The notes beneath the pieces are model-generated. The model did no database searches. It was given only the letters and a program-made list of their open reading frames with translations, and was not told the origin of the DNA. Positions 9,981-19,801 of a DNA stretch of 64,000 nucleotides are shown here, one piece after another. The position numbers were made by a program, and so were the translations under genes. Position 1 is the first letter of the stretch. Every line of letters begins with the position of its first letter. Source of the stretch: an uncultured virus (IMG/VR IMGVR_UViG_3300020044_008989) (taxonomy: Duplodnaviria; Heunggongvirae; Uroviricota; Caudoviricetes). The stretch spans positions 64,001 to 128,000 of the IMG/VR virus record IMGVR_UViG_3300020044_008989. One strand, given 5' to 3'.

Positions 9981-10919
9981 ATGAACGAACCATTTAAAAA
10001 TTTGACTGGCCAACAGAGGACCAAGACCAAACTAACCTTTCATCTTGACGCTTTCAAGAAAGGTATCCCTCTCCCACACTACCTATTTACGGCTGGTAAA
10101 GGGGCGGGTAAAAGCATGTTCGCAAAAGAACTCGCCCGAGAAATTAAGCGCCACAACAATGAATTTGAGGCCCACTTAATTAATTGCGCGACCATTAAAA
10201 ACGTCAATTCTTTCTACGAGCAAATTTACGATACGAAAATCAGGGGCAAGCGTTCCATACTTTTAATGGATGAGTCACATAATCTTCCAGATGTTATTCA
10301 GCAGCTTCTTCTTACAACTATTGAGGTTGACGACAAGATTGAGCGCGTCATTCCTACTGACAGCGGCGACATGCAAATCAATACGCTAGACCATATCTTT
10401 ATGTTTATGTCTAGCGAACCTGACAGAATTTTCCCGCCCCTGCGCGACAGAATGGAAGTTGTGTCGCTTTGCGCCTATAAACCCGTGGAACTAGGGGAGA
10501 TTCTCATTAATCATTGCAAAGGAATAACCTTCGCGCCCGAAACAGTTTCTCATATTTGCGACTCTTTGCGCGGTAATCCGCGAGACGCAATCAAGGCAGC
10601 AAACGGCGTTATTAAATACTGCAAGATTAACAACCAATCTTCAATTTCAATTAACGATTGGCAAAAATATTGTGTTTTGAATGATGTTAAGCCTTTCGGC
10701 CTGAACTCAGGAGAGATTCAAGTGTTGAAAGTGTTGGTTAATAATGGAGCGTGTTCTTTAAACGATCTTCGCGGCGCAACAAATATTTCCCGAACAGCTA
10801 TCATGAACGACCTAGAGCCATATCTTTTGAGTAAACACTTTATTAAGATTGATGGGAAACGCCATGCAACGCCAAAAGGCAAGGAAGCTTGGAAGATTCT
10901 CGAAAAATTCGTTGATTAA
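9981..10919 (+). CDS. ruvB: RuvB-like Holliday junction branch-migration AAA+ ATPase
   Basis: Walker A AGKGAGKS, Walker B LLMDESH, PLRDR, RGNPRDA, EPYLL; 312 aa with a C-terminal winged-helix-like part. Confidence 0.8.
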   Translation: MNEPFKNLTGQQRTKTKLTFHLDAFKKGIPLPHYLFTAGKGAGKSMFAKELAREIKRHNNEFEAHLINCATIKNVNSFYEQIYDTKIRGKRSILLMDESHNLPDVIQQLLLTTIEVDDKIERVIPTDSGDMQINTLDHIFMFMSSEPDRIFPPLRDRMEVVSLCAYKPVELGEILINHCKGITFAPETVSHICDSLRGNPRDAIKAANGVIKYCKINNQSSISINDWQKYCVLNDVKPFGLNSGEIQVLKVLVNNGACSLNDLRGATNISRTAIMNDLEPYLLSKHFIKIDGKRHATPKGKEAWKILEKFVD

Positions 10920-10954
10920 ACTTGACGCGGCGAAATAATTATTTATATTCTTCC

Positions 10955-11158
10955 ATGGAAACCACTCACTACGACCTCTACAGGCTCGACATAAAAGGCA
11001 ACAAGCGCCGCCTCTATGAAAATCTTGACCTTGTAACCGCAAAAGCTAAGCTATCGCTTGAACTCATGGAACCAACCCAAAAAGGCCGCTGGTCAGTCAC
11101 GCAAGTAAACACAACAGTTGAAACGGCAGAACTTAGTTTAATCTCATTTTGCCGATAA
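10955..11158 (+). CDS. hypothetical protein
   Basis: Track start 10922 is the -35 TTG; leaderless ATG at 10955. Confidence 0.6.
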   Translation: METTHYDLYRLDIKGNKRRLYENLDLVTAKAKLSLELMEPTQKGRWSVTQVNTTVETAELSLISFCR

Positions 11159-11159
11159 T

Positions 11160-11381
11160 ATGAACCTGCTCCTATCCATCTATAGTCTCGGGTTTGTCAA
11201 GGGCTTCAAATACTGGCGTTTAAACCGTTACTACTCCAAACACCCTGACCAACTCCAAGAGTTTATCAACACCATGCGCCAAAAGGCCATTCTCGACCCG
11301 CATAACCCATGGGGCGACTTCGCCAATCAATGTCAAAAGTCATTAGATGCGTGGAAAAAGAAAAACCACTTGCGGCGCTAA
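11160..11381 (+). CDS. hypothetical protein
   Basis: Coupled to the upstream ORF. Confidence 0.55.
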   Translation: MNLLLSIYSLGFVKGFKYWRLNRYYSKHPDQLQEFINTMRQKAILDPHNPWGDFANQCQKSLDAWKKKNHLRR

Positions 11382-11402
11382 AAATACCCGTTATATTCTC
11401 TC

Positions 11403-11687
11403 ATGATTAAAACCCACAAACGCAAAATCCTAATCCCTAAAGTCACAGAGACAAATCTTGACAACACTTTCGTCACGCGAACTCAGGCTGATAACGCGAT
11501 GCATTATCTCTCATGGCGCGGCGCAAATCTATCGGAGCCTCTTGTATGTTTATCTAATTCAGTGCTGGCGAAACACGTCTTGGCGCGAATTAAAATGCCC
11601 GCCTTGCCACCTCATTTACAGGGAGAAGAGAGGCCAAAACAAAAAAGCCGCTTGACAAAAGTTCTCGAAATGCTAAAATTTAAATAA
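11403..11687 (+). CDS. hypothetical protein
   Basis: Promoter TTGCGG(11370)..TATATT. Confidence 0.65.
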   Translation: MIKTHKRKILIPKVTETNLDNTFVTRTQADNAMHYLSWRGANLSEPLVCLSNSVLAKHVLARIKMPALPPHLQGEERPKQKSRLTKVLEMLKFK

Positions 11688-11862
11688 CTTGAAAACTTTC
11701 TACGCCCAAACAAAAATTTCCTGCGGCCAAAATGTTTTCCAGACTCACAAAGACATAATCTTCGCGCCGTCAAAAAATAAAGCGCGGGAAAAGCTGGTTT
11801 CTTTTTTAAAATCCTCCTTGCCAGAGTGGAAAGTTGTTGGCAAGATGCAACTACACGAACAA

Positions 11863-12280
11863 GTTTAAATTCGCAGAATTTCAACAACCATGGAAACCCT
11901 AGAACAAATCATCGCCGCAATCTTGCGAGATTATGCCATCGACGGCATTGTTAAAAACAAAGGAGAAGATTGGGCTGTCATTAACGATGACGAGTTGACT
12001 TTTCGAGTCAATTATTGTTTGACTACTCTCAAACATTGCATTAGTGTTGACAATAGAAAGTGCTTTAACAAAAACTCTCAGTGTCCAATTCACTTCGTGC
12101 TTGGCTTGTCGAATCGTAAAAATAATCGCTTACACCAAGCATTAAAGTTTTTACGCACAAAAGAAGGAGAAAAAGCTAGCGCCACATTCAATTGGACAGG
12201 CTGGGACGAATTTGATTATCACGTTAGAGATGAGTTTTACGCATACTAAGGTTTAAATTCACAGAATTTTAACAACTATG
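11863..12280 (+). repeat. duplicated 30-nt leader (11863-11892 and 12251-12280)
   Basis: 27/30 identity; each copy ends in the ATG of a gene. Confidence 0.8.
11890..12249 (+). CDS. hypothetical protein
   Basis: 119-aa ORF with the duplicated leader. Confidence 0.65.
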   Translation: METLEQIIAAILRDYAIDGIVKNKGEDWAVINDDELTFRVNYCLTTLKHCISVDNRKCFNKNSQCPIHFVLGLSNRKNNRLHQALKFLRTKEGEKASATFNWTGWDEFDYHVRDEFYAY

Positions 12281-12511
12281 AAGTACCCAACATCCAAGAA
12301 ATCCGCTAAACTCTACGCCATCTCAGCAATCCGCCCAAATAACCAAATGGTTTTTCTTAAACCAAACGGCCAAATGACCGAACATTTACCCTTAGCCCAA
12401 GATTTTGGAAGTGAAGAGCGGCCAAAACGCCGCGCCAATAAAAAGATTGAGCAATTGCGTCAATCCTATAAAGGACTGAAAAACTGGAACGTGCAATATT
12501 TCACGGTTTGA
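12278..12511 (+). CDS. hypothetical protein
   Basis: ORF with the duplicated leader. Confidence 0.6.
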   Translation: MKYPTSKKSAKLYAISAIRPNNQMVFLKPNGQMTEHLPLAQDFGSEERPKRRANKKIEQLRQSYKGLKNWNVQYFTV

Positions 12512-12816
12512 TTATTCTTATCTTGCTAATCATTGGGGCAATAATTTTGCGATAAGCTCGCCGCTGGGCATCCCTTTAGGATAAAAACAATTTGACGCGG
12601 CACAATAACCTGATATATTCTTCCTATGATACTCACACAAGAAGAAATAAACCGCTTAGGCGATGAATGGGGTTTCGGAACTCTTTTCGGTAGCGAAGAT
12701 GATTATTCCAAAGAAATGATTTGGTATGATGGCAACCCAACGAATTTAATTCGCGCCGTTGAAAAATTAATTCTGGAAAAACTTGACAACGGCCAAAAAT
12801 AAATTAAACTAATCCC

Positions 12817-13437
12817 ATGACCACAAAAACAGTAAACCTCTTCACTTTTGATGAACTGTCCGACTCCGCCAAGGAAAAAGCTCGCGATTGGTATCGGACG
12901 GCATCTTGCGACGATTCGTTTTCGAGCGAATACATTCTTGATGAGGCAAAAGAACAAGCTCAAAAGATGGGACTGGACATCGACAAGATTTATTATTCAG
13001 GCTTCTCGAATCAAGGAGACGGATGCTGCTATATTGGTGACTGGCACGCTTCTAGGGTTACAAGCGAGGTAGCTGATGGATGGGGCGAAAGTCCCGCTAC
13101 GAGTGAAATTAAGCGCATTGCGGGCGAATTTAAGGCGTTTGCGGATAAATATCCAGAATCATCCTTTCGCGTGAAGCATAGCGGACACTATTATCACAAA
13201 TATTGCACCGACTTTACCGTTTCCCTTGGGGAAGAAAATGACGATTCTGAGAATCTTTCTCAAGAAGAATGGAGCGCGGCGGAAAACTCCCTAATTGAAA
13301 CCGCAAGGGATTACATGGAGTGGATTTATCGGCAGCTTGAAAAGGAATACGAGTATCAGAATTCGGATGAGTGTGTTGATGAGAGTATTTTGGCAAATCA
13401 GTACACCTTTCTTGAAGATGGAGAGCGCGAAGATTAA
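12817..13437 (+). CDS. conserved phage early protein (FDELSD.AKEKA type)
   Basis: Motifs LFTFDELSDSAKEKARDWY, YYSGFSNQGDG, WIYRQLEKEYEY, NQYTFLEDG. Confidence 0.75.
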   Translation: MTTKTVNLFTFDELSDSAKEKARDWYRTASCDDSFSSEYILDEAKEQAQKMGLDIDKIYYSGFSNQGDGCCYIGDWHASRVTSEVADGWGESPATSEIKRIAGEFKAFADKYPESSFRVKHSGHYYHKYCTDFTVSLGEENDDSENLSQEEWSAAENSLIETARDYMEWIYRQLEKEYEYQNSDECVDESILANQYTFLEDGERED

Positions 13438-13443
13438 TAAACC

Positions 13444-13608
13444 TTTATTCAGCTAGGCGTGCAAATGCCGAAAATCCCGCCAAAACAACCAGACAAAGAA
13501 AGCCGTGCGAGTTGATAACTCGCTAGTCTGGAAGGATGAAAGCCTCTAATCAAGGTAAAAAATGACCAACTTGGGGATGGAAACCAAGGGGCGGGGGTGC
13601 TGAATACA
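13444..13608 (+). ncRNA. candidate multibranch ncRNA, about 160 nt
   Basis: Nested helices TATTCAGC/GCTGAATA, CCCGCC/GGCGGG, CCAGAC/GTCTGG, GCGAGT/ACTCGC; GNRA loop GGCGT-GCAA-ATGCC. Confidence 0.6.
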
Positions 13609-13652
13609 CACAAAAAACTTGACGGGTGGAATTTATTGGTTTATTCTCCAAT

Positions 13653-13907
13653 ATGAAATCAAAATTCAAAACAGGAACCTACAAAGCGGGAGACTTTGTG
13701 AAGTTTTACGCTGGCTACGGGACAATTAAAGAATTTGCAAAAAAGCAATGCGGTCTTCCTTGGGTTAAAGTATGGGAAGAAATGCACCCAGTAGTGATTC
13801 TTGAATTTGACAGAATGGGCCGAAAAACAAAACAAAAAACCTTTCACATTGGAGACTCCTGTTTGAAGCTAGCAGACAGAGAACAAATTGAGAAATTTAA
13901 TCCTTGA
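13653..13907 (+). CDS. hypothetical protein
   Basis: Promoter at 13619, leaderless ATG. Confidence 0.6.
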   Translation: MKSKFKTGTYKAGDFVKFYAGYGTIKEFAKKQCGLPWVKVWEEMHPVVILEFDRMGRKTKQKTFHIGDSCLKLADREQIEKFNP

Positions 13908-14309
13908 CGGCGCGAAATAATCAATCTATAGTGTCCTATGACCTACAAAAACACAACCATTGAAAAAATCTTCCCTAGTGGCCTATACTCTGCCTTCATT
14001 GAGGGACATGGGTTTCTCAAAGCTGATACCTTAGCGGGAATCAAACAATTAATCACGGCGGCGAAAAAATAATATGAAACCCATTGTGGATATGACCGAC
14101 AGCGAAAAGGACTTCGCAATTTATTCGGCCCGCTATATTCTGGAAGACTTTTTTGAGATAGGGAAGTCTGGCGTGAACATTCTTTCCGAAAAGATCGACG
14201 TAATTCCTGGGGTTGTCCATTCGGCGCTAGAGAATATTTTTTGCGCGAAGATACACTGAGTTCGCACAATAAACTTGCTTTGTGTATCATCCGACGTTAG
14301 TGTATCGTC

Positions 14310-14546
14310 ATGAATAAAATCGAAATAATCACCTTAGACAAAGACGACAACCAAACAGACTGCCGCGACTTTGACACGATGAAAGAAGCTCGCGCATGGG
14401 TTAATGAGTGCGCTCTAAATAAAGACTACTGGAACCGCAGGGGCGAAACAAACGACTTTGCGGCGTGTTACGTTTATACTGTCCAACTTCATAAGAATGG
14501 CGAATGTTTGCAAGATTGGTTTCCAATGTTTAAATTCCATGACTAA
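14310..14546 (+). CDS. hypothetical protein
   Basis: Promoter-associated ORF. Confidence 0.6.
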   Translation: MNKIEIITLDKDDNQTDCRDFDTMKEARAWVNECALNKDYWNRRGETNDFAACYVYTVQLHKNGECLQDWFPMFKFHD

Positions 14547-14781
14547 AATTGACCCATACTTTAACCTCGTTTCAAATAATTCACTTGGATTATTCAATGG
14601 AAATGTCGAATGGGAATCCTCCAATGCCAGAATCATTCAGGAACACGGGGGAAACGAGAGGAGCGGGTATGCTGGCAAATACAGGATTTTCCACAAGGGG
14701 AAGATGATTAAGGAAATTCCTTTCTCCTATACTGGCGACCTGAAAAGCGAATTAGAGAAGATTGATCTTGACGCAATCTAA
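14539..14781 (+). CDS. hypothetical protein
   Basis: Overlaps the upstream stop; start moved to 14539. Confidence 0.55.
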   Translation: MTKIDPYFNLVSNNSLGLFNGNVEWESSNARIIQEHGGNERSGYAGKYRIFHKGKMIKEIPFSYTGDLKSELEKIDLDAI

Positions 14782-14801
14782 TATTTGGTATATGTTCTCG
14801 C

Positions 14802-15083
14802 ATGAGTCCAAGAGAACAAACACAACAGCAATTAATCACCCGTCTTTCCGAGAATCAGTATTTCTCTGCTCCCTATGGAGTGATAGAAGGGATGGAAAAC
14901 CTTCCAAAAGGCGGCAAAGTTAGAACCGTAACCTTTGGGGTTGCGCGTGGATTAGATGCTACGGCACACGTTTGGAGTCCGAAGAAAATCACCTTTCGCG
15001 GGCAAGGCGGATTAGCGTACAAACTGCCAAGCGAAGTTTCATCCGTAGATGAATTCTTTGAAAAGTTTTTCGCCGCCAATTAA
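14802..15083 (+). CDS. hypothetical protein
   Basis: Promoter at 14768, leaderless. Confidence 0.7.
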   Translation: MSPREQTQQQLITRLSENQYFSAPYGVIEGMENLPKGGKVRTVTFGVARGLDATAHVWSPKKITFRGQGGLAYKLPSEVSSVDEFFEKFFAAN

Positions 15084-15121
15084 TTGTTGACAGGGCGGAA
15101 TTAATAAGATATAATCACCCC

Positions 15122-15727
15122 ATGAAAAACCAATACCAATTCACCGACAATTTCAATCGCGGCGACCTTACTCATCGCGGAGCGGGAGATTTCTATGAAG
15201 CCAAGGAAAAAGAATTGCTCGCCGCCATTTCTTCGCGCAAACCATTCGACACTGGATGGGGTGGATGCAAGCATGAAATCTTATCTTCGCAAATCGTTTG
15301 TGATGGCGAGGGAGGGTTTTCTTGCTCGGTTTCTGTCTCTGATGATTTTGATACAGAGGGGATGGGAACGGTTGATCTTTCCTGCGATGGAGAGAGTGCC
15401 GAGAAAACGCTTGAGGCTATCCAGCAAGCACTATATGAGGCGCATAACCTAGCGAGCGAAGATCAGGGCGAGAACGCCACTTATCGGGGATTCAGCATTC
15501 ATAACGAAAAAGGTTCATGGGTTGAGACATACATTCAACCTTGGAACGGTAGCGAATTTATGAATAAACCATCTGGCGATAATTACCATAAATGGGGCTT
15601 CCAAGAAGAGTGTGAAATTCCAGCAAATATTGCCGAAAAATTAGAGGACTTCGCATGTTCTTATCGCGAAGGAGAGCAAGATAGTTTGACGGTTGAAGGG
15701 TGGACGATTAAACCGTGGAAAGATTGA
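15122..15727 (+). CDS. hypothetical acidic protein
   Basis: TTGACA(15087)..TATAAT, leaderless; 201 aa. Confidence 0.75.
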   Translation: MKNQYQFTDNFNRGDLTHRGAGDFYEAKEKELLAAISSRKPFDTGWGGCKHEILSSQIVCDGEGGFSCSVSVSDDFDTEGMGTVDLSCDGESAEKTLEAIQQALYEAHNLASEDQGENATYRGFSIHNEKGSWVETYIQPWNGSEFMNKPSGDNYHKWGFQEECEIPANIAEKLEDFACSYREGEQDSLTVEGWTIKPWKD

Positions 15728-15971
15728 CCTTGACAAGGTGGAATAACCTGATATATTTCGGCATGAAAACACAAATCCAACACTTTTATTCAAGCCACAA
15801 CACCCTTTCTGCCAAGATGTACTTTCTGGATTGGCTTAGCAAACAAGAAAACAAGCCAACACCCGAAGAACTCTCAATCTTGAGAATCAAGAATCCTACT
15901 TTGTGGAGCGGATACACAGAAATAAACCATGTTTGTATTTGACAAACGCAAAAATTAACCGATAATACCTT

Positions 15972-16154
15972 ATGTACTACGAAATCAACATCTCCCTCAA
16001 TGGCGACCACTTGTTCGCCACGCATGAACGTTCCATTAAGGACGACGGCGATCTAAAAATGGTTAGACCAATTCTCGAAAAGAAATTCCCAGAATCAGAG
16101 GGGTATCATATCAGCATTACCCGCTACGAATTACGCGGACAAAAAATAGTTTGA
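15972..16154 (+). CDS. hypothetical phage protein (YEINISLNG.HLFAT type)
   Basis: Promoter at 15939; motif KKFPESEGYHISIT. Confidence 0.65.
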   Translation: MYYEINISLNGDHLFATHERSIKDDGDLKMVRPILEKKFPESEGYHISITRYELRGQKIV

Positions 16155-16184
16155 CAAGATAATAATTCAAGGTTATATTCCCCC

Positions 16185-16424
16185 ATGAACAAATACAAAC
16201 TCGTCCCCCGCCGATTCTGGAAACGCAAAGAAGGTTTCACTGGATGCCCTGAAACGGTTTCAATCTATGGCGCAATGCCTCAACCTCGCGAAGCTTACGA
16301 AATCGCGGAGAAGGGTTTCTCAATCTACGATTCTAGGAACAACACCTATTCTAACTACTTCTTTGGTAAGATTGGCATTGACACAAGAGAAGAGGGCGAA
16401 AACATTATTGCTCGCTTGAAATAA
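16185..16424 (+). CDS. hypothetical protein
   Basis: Promoter at 16151, leaderless. Confidence 0.65.
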   Translation: MNKYKLVPRRFWKRKEGFTGCPETVSIYGAMPQPREAYEIAEKGFSIYDSRNNTYSNYFFGKIGIDTREEGENIIARLK

Positions 16425-16436
16425 TCGAATAATTAC

Positions 16437-16480
16437 TTGCGCCGCGAATAAATCTCTGTTGCGCCGCGAATAAATCTCTG
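16437..16480 (+). repeat. perfect 22-bp tandem duplication of a promoter -35/spacer
   Basis: TTGCGCCGCGAATAAATCTCTG x2. Confidence 0.9.
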
Positions 16481-16492
16481 TATTTTGCCAAT

Positions 16493-16711
16493 ATGAATCC
16501 TCCAAAACTTTCAGAAATAATCGCCGCCCTTTCCAAAATTAAAGAAGAAAAAGGAGACTTGGAAATTTTAATTGGCCGCTATTGCTCTAGTGTCGATGGA
16601 GAATACATTGCGCGAGAATTTAAAGTTGAGGACAGGGGGGACTCTTTTTATGCTGGCTATTTTGGCGCAAAAGGGGATGAAATAGTATCTCCAATCTGGG
16701 ATTTCGCTTGA
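16493..16711 (+). CDS. hypothetical protein
   Basis: Promoter-associated ORF. Confidence 0.6.
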   Translation: MNPPKLSEIIAALSKIKEEKGDLEILIGRYCSSVDGEYIAREFKVEDRGDSFYAGYFGAKGDEIVSPIWDFA

Positions 16712-16939
16712 CCCCAAAGAATAACCTGCTAATTTACCAATATGAGCATAACAACGTATCTTTATGAGGTTAATTACTTAAACCCTGATGGAGAGCGCGG
16801 ACATACCCAAAGAAGAGCTAGTGACTCAGAGAACGCGAGAGAAGTATTTTTGGCCGCGTTTCCTGATTATTCTTTTATTTCCTGCTCAAAAATTGGAAAT
16901 TAATATTGACAATAGCAAAACCTAGCCTATCTTCTACTC

Positions 16940-17347
16940 ATGAACCAATACGACCAACAAGCCCTTGACTTCCTCGCCAAACACGGCATCACATTCTCCT
17001 TTAAGCTGGCGAACACTAAGGTACCAAGCTGGGACAAAAACCGCCAGTGCAATCATTTCGTTGCGACCTTTAAGAAGGGCAAAAGTAAATTGTCGTTTGA
17101 CTTCTTTGATTCCATACATAACTTCCAGAAGGGAGTAGTTGAGCTTGACGCATATACGGCCTTGACAGTTTGTTCGGCAGAAATTCACTGTGCGGACACA
17201 TTTGAGGATTTTTGTAGTGAGTATGGATACGATGAAGATTCCAGAAGCGCCGAAAAAACCTTCCGCGCCCTCTCTAAAATGTCCAAAAAGTTGAAAAAAT
17301 TCTTTGACACTGAGGAAATGCGGGAAGATTTAGGAGAAATTCAGTAA
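16940..17347 (+). CDS. conserved phage early protein (TFEDFCSEYGYDEDSR type)
   Basis: Recognisable motif; promoter at 16906. Confidence 0.75.
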   Translation: MNQYDQQALDFLAKHGITFSFKLANTKVPSWDKNRQCNHFVATFKKGKSKLSFDFFDSIHNFQKGVVELDAYTALTVCSAEIHCADTFEDFCSEYGYDEDSRSAEKTFRALSKMSKKLKKFFDTEEMREDLGEIQ

Positions 17348-17601
17348 TAAAACTTGCGCCGCAAGAAATAATGTGGTAATATCAAATATGAAAAAGAAAA
17401 CCAATCACTCCGACATTGGATGCCGCGCCGCTTGGAAAGTTGTTGGCGCTCTATGCGCTGTCTATAACATAGACAATGACTACAGAAACGAGGAAAGTTT
17501 TTATAATGCCCTTGTCAAAAAGTGCTTCGATGAGGCGAAAAAAGAAGTGGAAAGCGAGAATTAAAACTTGCGCGGCCTAAAATAATCAGTATATTCCTAC
17601 C

Positions 17602-17784
17602 ATGAACCGAACCACTGCAAACACCTTCGTCAAATTTTATGATGACTATTACGAAAAAGACGGCACCAAACTTGTGTCCATTGACTCCATCATGGTTGAC
17701 GGATACCCTATTGACGCCGAAACTGGCGAGGATTTAGAACCTTGCGGGAGTGAGCTTTACGATTGTAATGGTGATCCTGTTTAA
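17602..17784 (+). CDS. hypothetical acidic protein
   Basis: Promoter at 17568; GYPIDAETGEDL. Confidence 0.6.
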   Translation: MNRTTANTFVKFYDDYYEKDGTKLVSIDSIMVDGYPIDAETGEDLEPCGSELYDCNGDPV

Positions 17785-17832
17785 TTTTAAATAATTGTTG
17801 ACCTGCGAAACTTTCCGCCCTATATTATTCCC

Positions 17833-18270
17833 ATGAACGCCAAACTACTCTCACAAATCCACAACAATCTTTCACCCCTTGATACTGAGGACATGTACCG
17901 CTCCATGCTGGAAGAATGCTATGGGGAAATCGAAGTTGCGGGATTGACTTTTAGCGCCGCTCGCATTGTTGAAGAGCTTGATCCTACGGCTTTTAGGTGC
18001 GGGTTGGTGGATTACATTTATTCGCTCTCTCTGGTGGAAATTCACGGGGATTACTACGAGCAGGATGCCGTAGAAGCGGAGCGTGATAGTCTTGTGACTG
18101 ACTTGGAAAACGAGCTTTCAGACCTTGAGGACGAACTTCTCGAAAATGAGAAAGATATTAAAAATGAGACAATTTCAGAAGAGGCGGGCAATGCTGAAAG
18201 TGAGGAATTGCAAGATAAAATTGCAAAATTGACGGCAGAGATTGAGGAAATTAAAGAATATTGTTTTTAA
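17833..18270 (+). CDS. acidic phage protein (ELDPTAFRCG type)
   Basis: Recognisable motif, very acidic tail; promoter at 17798. Confidence 0.7.
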   Translation: MNAKLLSQIHNNLSPLDTEDMYRSMLEECYGEIEVAGLTFSAARIVEELDPTAFRCGLVDYIYSLSLVEIHGDYYEQDAVEAERDSLVTDLENELSDLEDELLENEKDIKNETISEEAGNAESEELQDKIAKLTAEIEEIKEYCF

Positions 18271-18448
18271 TTGTTGATTCTTGGTTGTTTATAGGGTAAT
18301 GTAATACATGACTCTCTTCTCAATCAAGCTCCCGCCGAAAAAAGCTCGCCGCCATCTCCCTCCCCCGTCTTTCAGAATGAAGTCTAAGATGGACTATCGC
18401 AGAAACAAAAAGGTTGACGTGGAATAATAACCCTGATATACTACCAAC

Positions 18449-18691
18449 ATGAAAACACTCTCCGACCTCCGCGCCGCTTGCAAAATTCACGGCATTAAAG
18501 TAAAGAAACAAACTCTGTCATGGGGGCCGCATCTTTCTTTTGAAATTGACGGTTGCCCTGCATCCTCCGCCACGGTGACAACAAAAGAGTTTCTTGAGCC
18601 TCGTAAAGAGCGTTTTGAGGCTTTACAGGCTATCAGGGAAGAATTTGCTGGCATGACCATTGACGGGCAAAAAGTTTACGGGTTGAAATAA
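18449..18691 (+). CDS. hypothetical protein
   Basis: Promoter at 18414. Confidence 0.65.
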   Translation: MKTLSDLRAACKIHGIKVKKQTLSWGPHLSFEIDGCPASSATVTTKEFLEPRKERFEALQAIREEFAGMTIDGQKVYGLK

Positions 18692-19070
18692 TGAAAATGA
18701 GCCTTTCCAAACTCGCCACCGCTGCCGATTCTGGCGTTTATCAAAATACTGGAAAAATTGATCGCGATTACGGTTTCCGCCCTAAGCGTGCCAGCAACGT
18801 CAAAAAAAGGTTGATGGGCGAAAATAAAACCAAACAAAAGAGGCTACTTGACAAATTGTTTAGTGAAGAGTAAGGTAATCCATGAACAGAATCAAACAAC
18901 TCCCCATAAGCTTTCCCACCTTTGAAAAAGAAGTCTGGCTATTGGATAACGGCTCAAAAGAAGTCGTTCTAGTGGATGAATCAGAAGAAACGTGGCAAAA
19001 TTATTGCTCATTAGTTGCCAAAAGTAACAAATAAAGCTTGCGGCGTTCATTATTCAGGTTATACTCCAAT

Positions 19071-19349
19071 ATGAAAATCAAACCAGACCACTTCCAAGCA
19101 ATCAAGGACAAAATTGACGCATTCATCGCCAAGCATGGCAGCGAATATCTTGTCTCCATGTATGAAAGCGGTAATTTCCCGCGCTCCGAAAAGGTAAAAG
19201 ACTTGCAAACGAGGTTTAATTTTGATATTTTCCATCATGCGGGCGGACTTTCCGCTGCTTGCGCGGCGAATGTTTACGATTATGCGAATGATGAACATAT
19301 CGCTACTGCGCTAAAGAAAATTTGCCCGAAAGTGCAAAGAAAATACTGA
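19071..19349 (+). CDS. hypothetical phage protein
   Basis: Track start 19038 is the -35 TTG; ATG at 19071; YDYANDEHIATALK motif. Confidence 0.7.
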   Translation: MKIKPDHFQAIKDKIDAFIAKHGSEYLVSMYESGNFPRSEKVKDLQTRFNFDIFHHAGGLSAACAANVYDYANDEHIATALKKICPKVQRKY

Positions 19350-19523
19350 AATAATTTGACTTAATTTTTGGCGAGACTATATTAGAACCATGAGAACATA
19401 CTCCTTCCAATACCATACCGCCAAGAAATCGTGTCTTTACTTTCAGTGCATGGCAGAAAGCTATAGCTCGGCAATTTCCCTGCTTAAAAAGCATGATCGT
19501 AAAGCAGAAAATTGGAGGTTGGT

Positions 19524-19784
19524 ATGAATAAAGCAGAAACCGCCCTCCTTGAAATCTTCCGCGCCGAGACTCAGGAGGTTAAGGAAAACGAGCGAGAATG
19601 CGCGTTAAATGCCGTTTCTGGCATTCTTTGCTGGCTTACCATAGAGCCGCCTATGAGTCGCGAGAAATTGATTGAATCATGCCTTGCTGAGTTTGAACGT
19701 GCAAACAAGTATAAGGGCAAGCAAATAGACCAAACAATCAACTATTACAGAAAAGTCTCGAAAAAACTTGACGGGCAAAAATAA
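19524..19784 (+). CDS. hypothetical protein
   Basis: GGAGG upstream of ATG 19524. Confidence 0.55.
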   Translation: MNKAETALLEIFRAETQEVKENERECALNAVSGILCWLTIEPPMSREKLIESCLAEFERANKYKGKQIDQTINYYRKVSKKLDGQK

Positions 19785-19801
19785 ATCAGCTATATTAGAG
19801 C

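Noticed and set aside
11863-12280. 30-nt direct repeats starting GTTTAAA as a mini CRISPR array
   Set aside because: Only two copies, 388 bp apart, each ending in a gene's ATG; no spacer-length periodicity and no cas genes.
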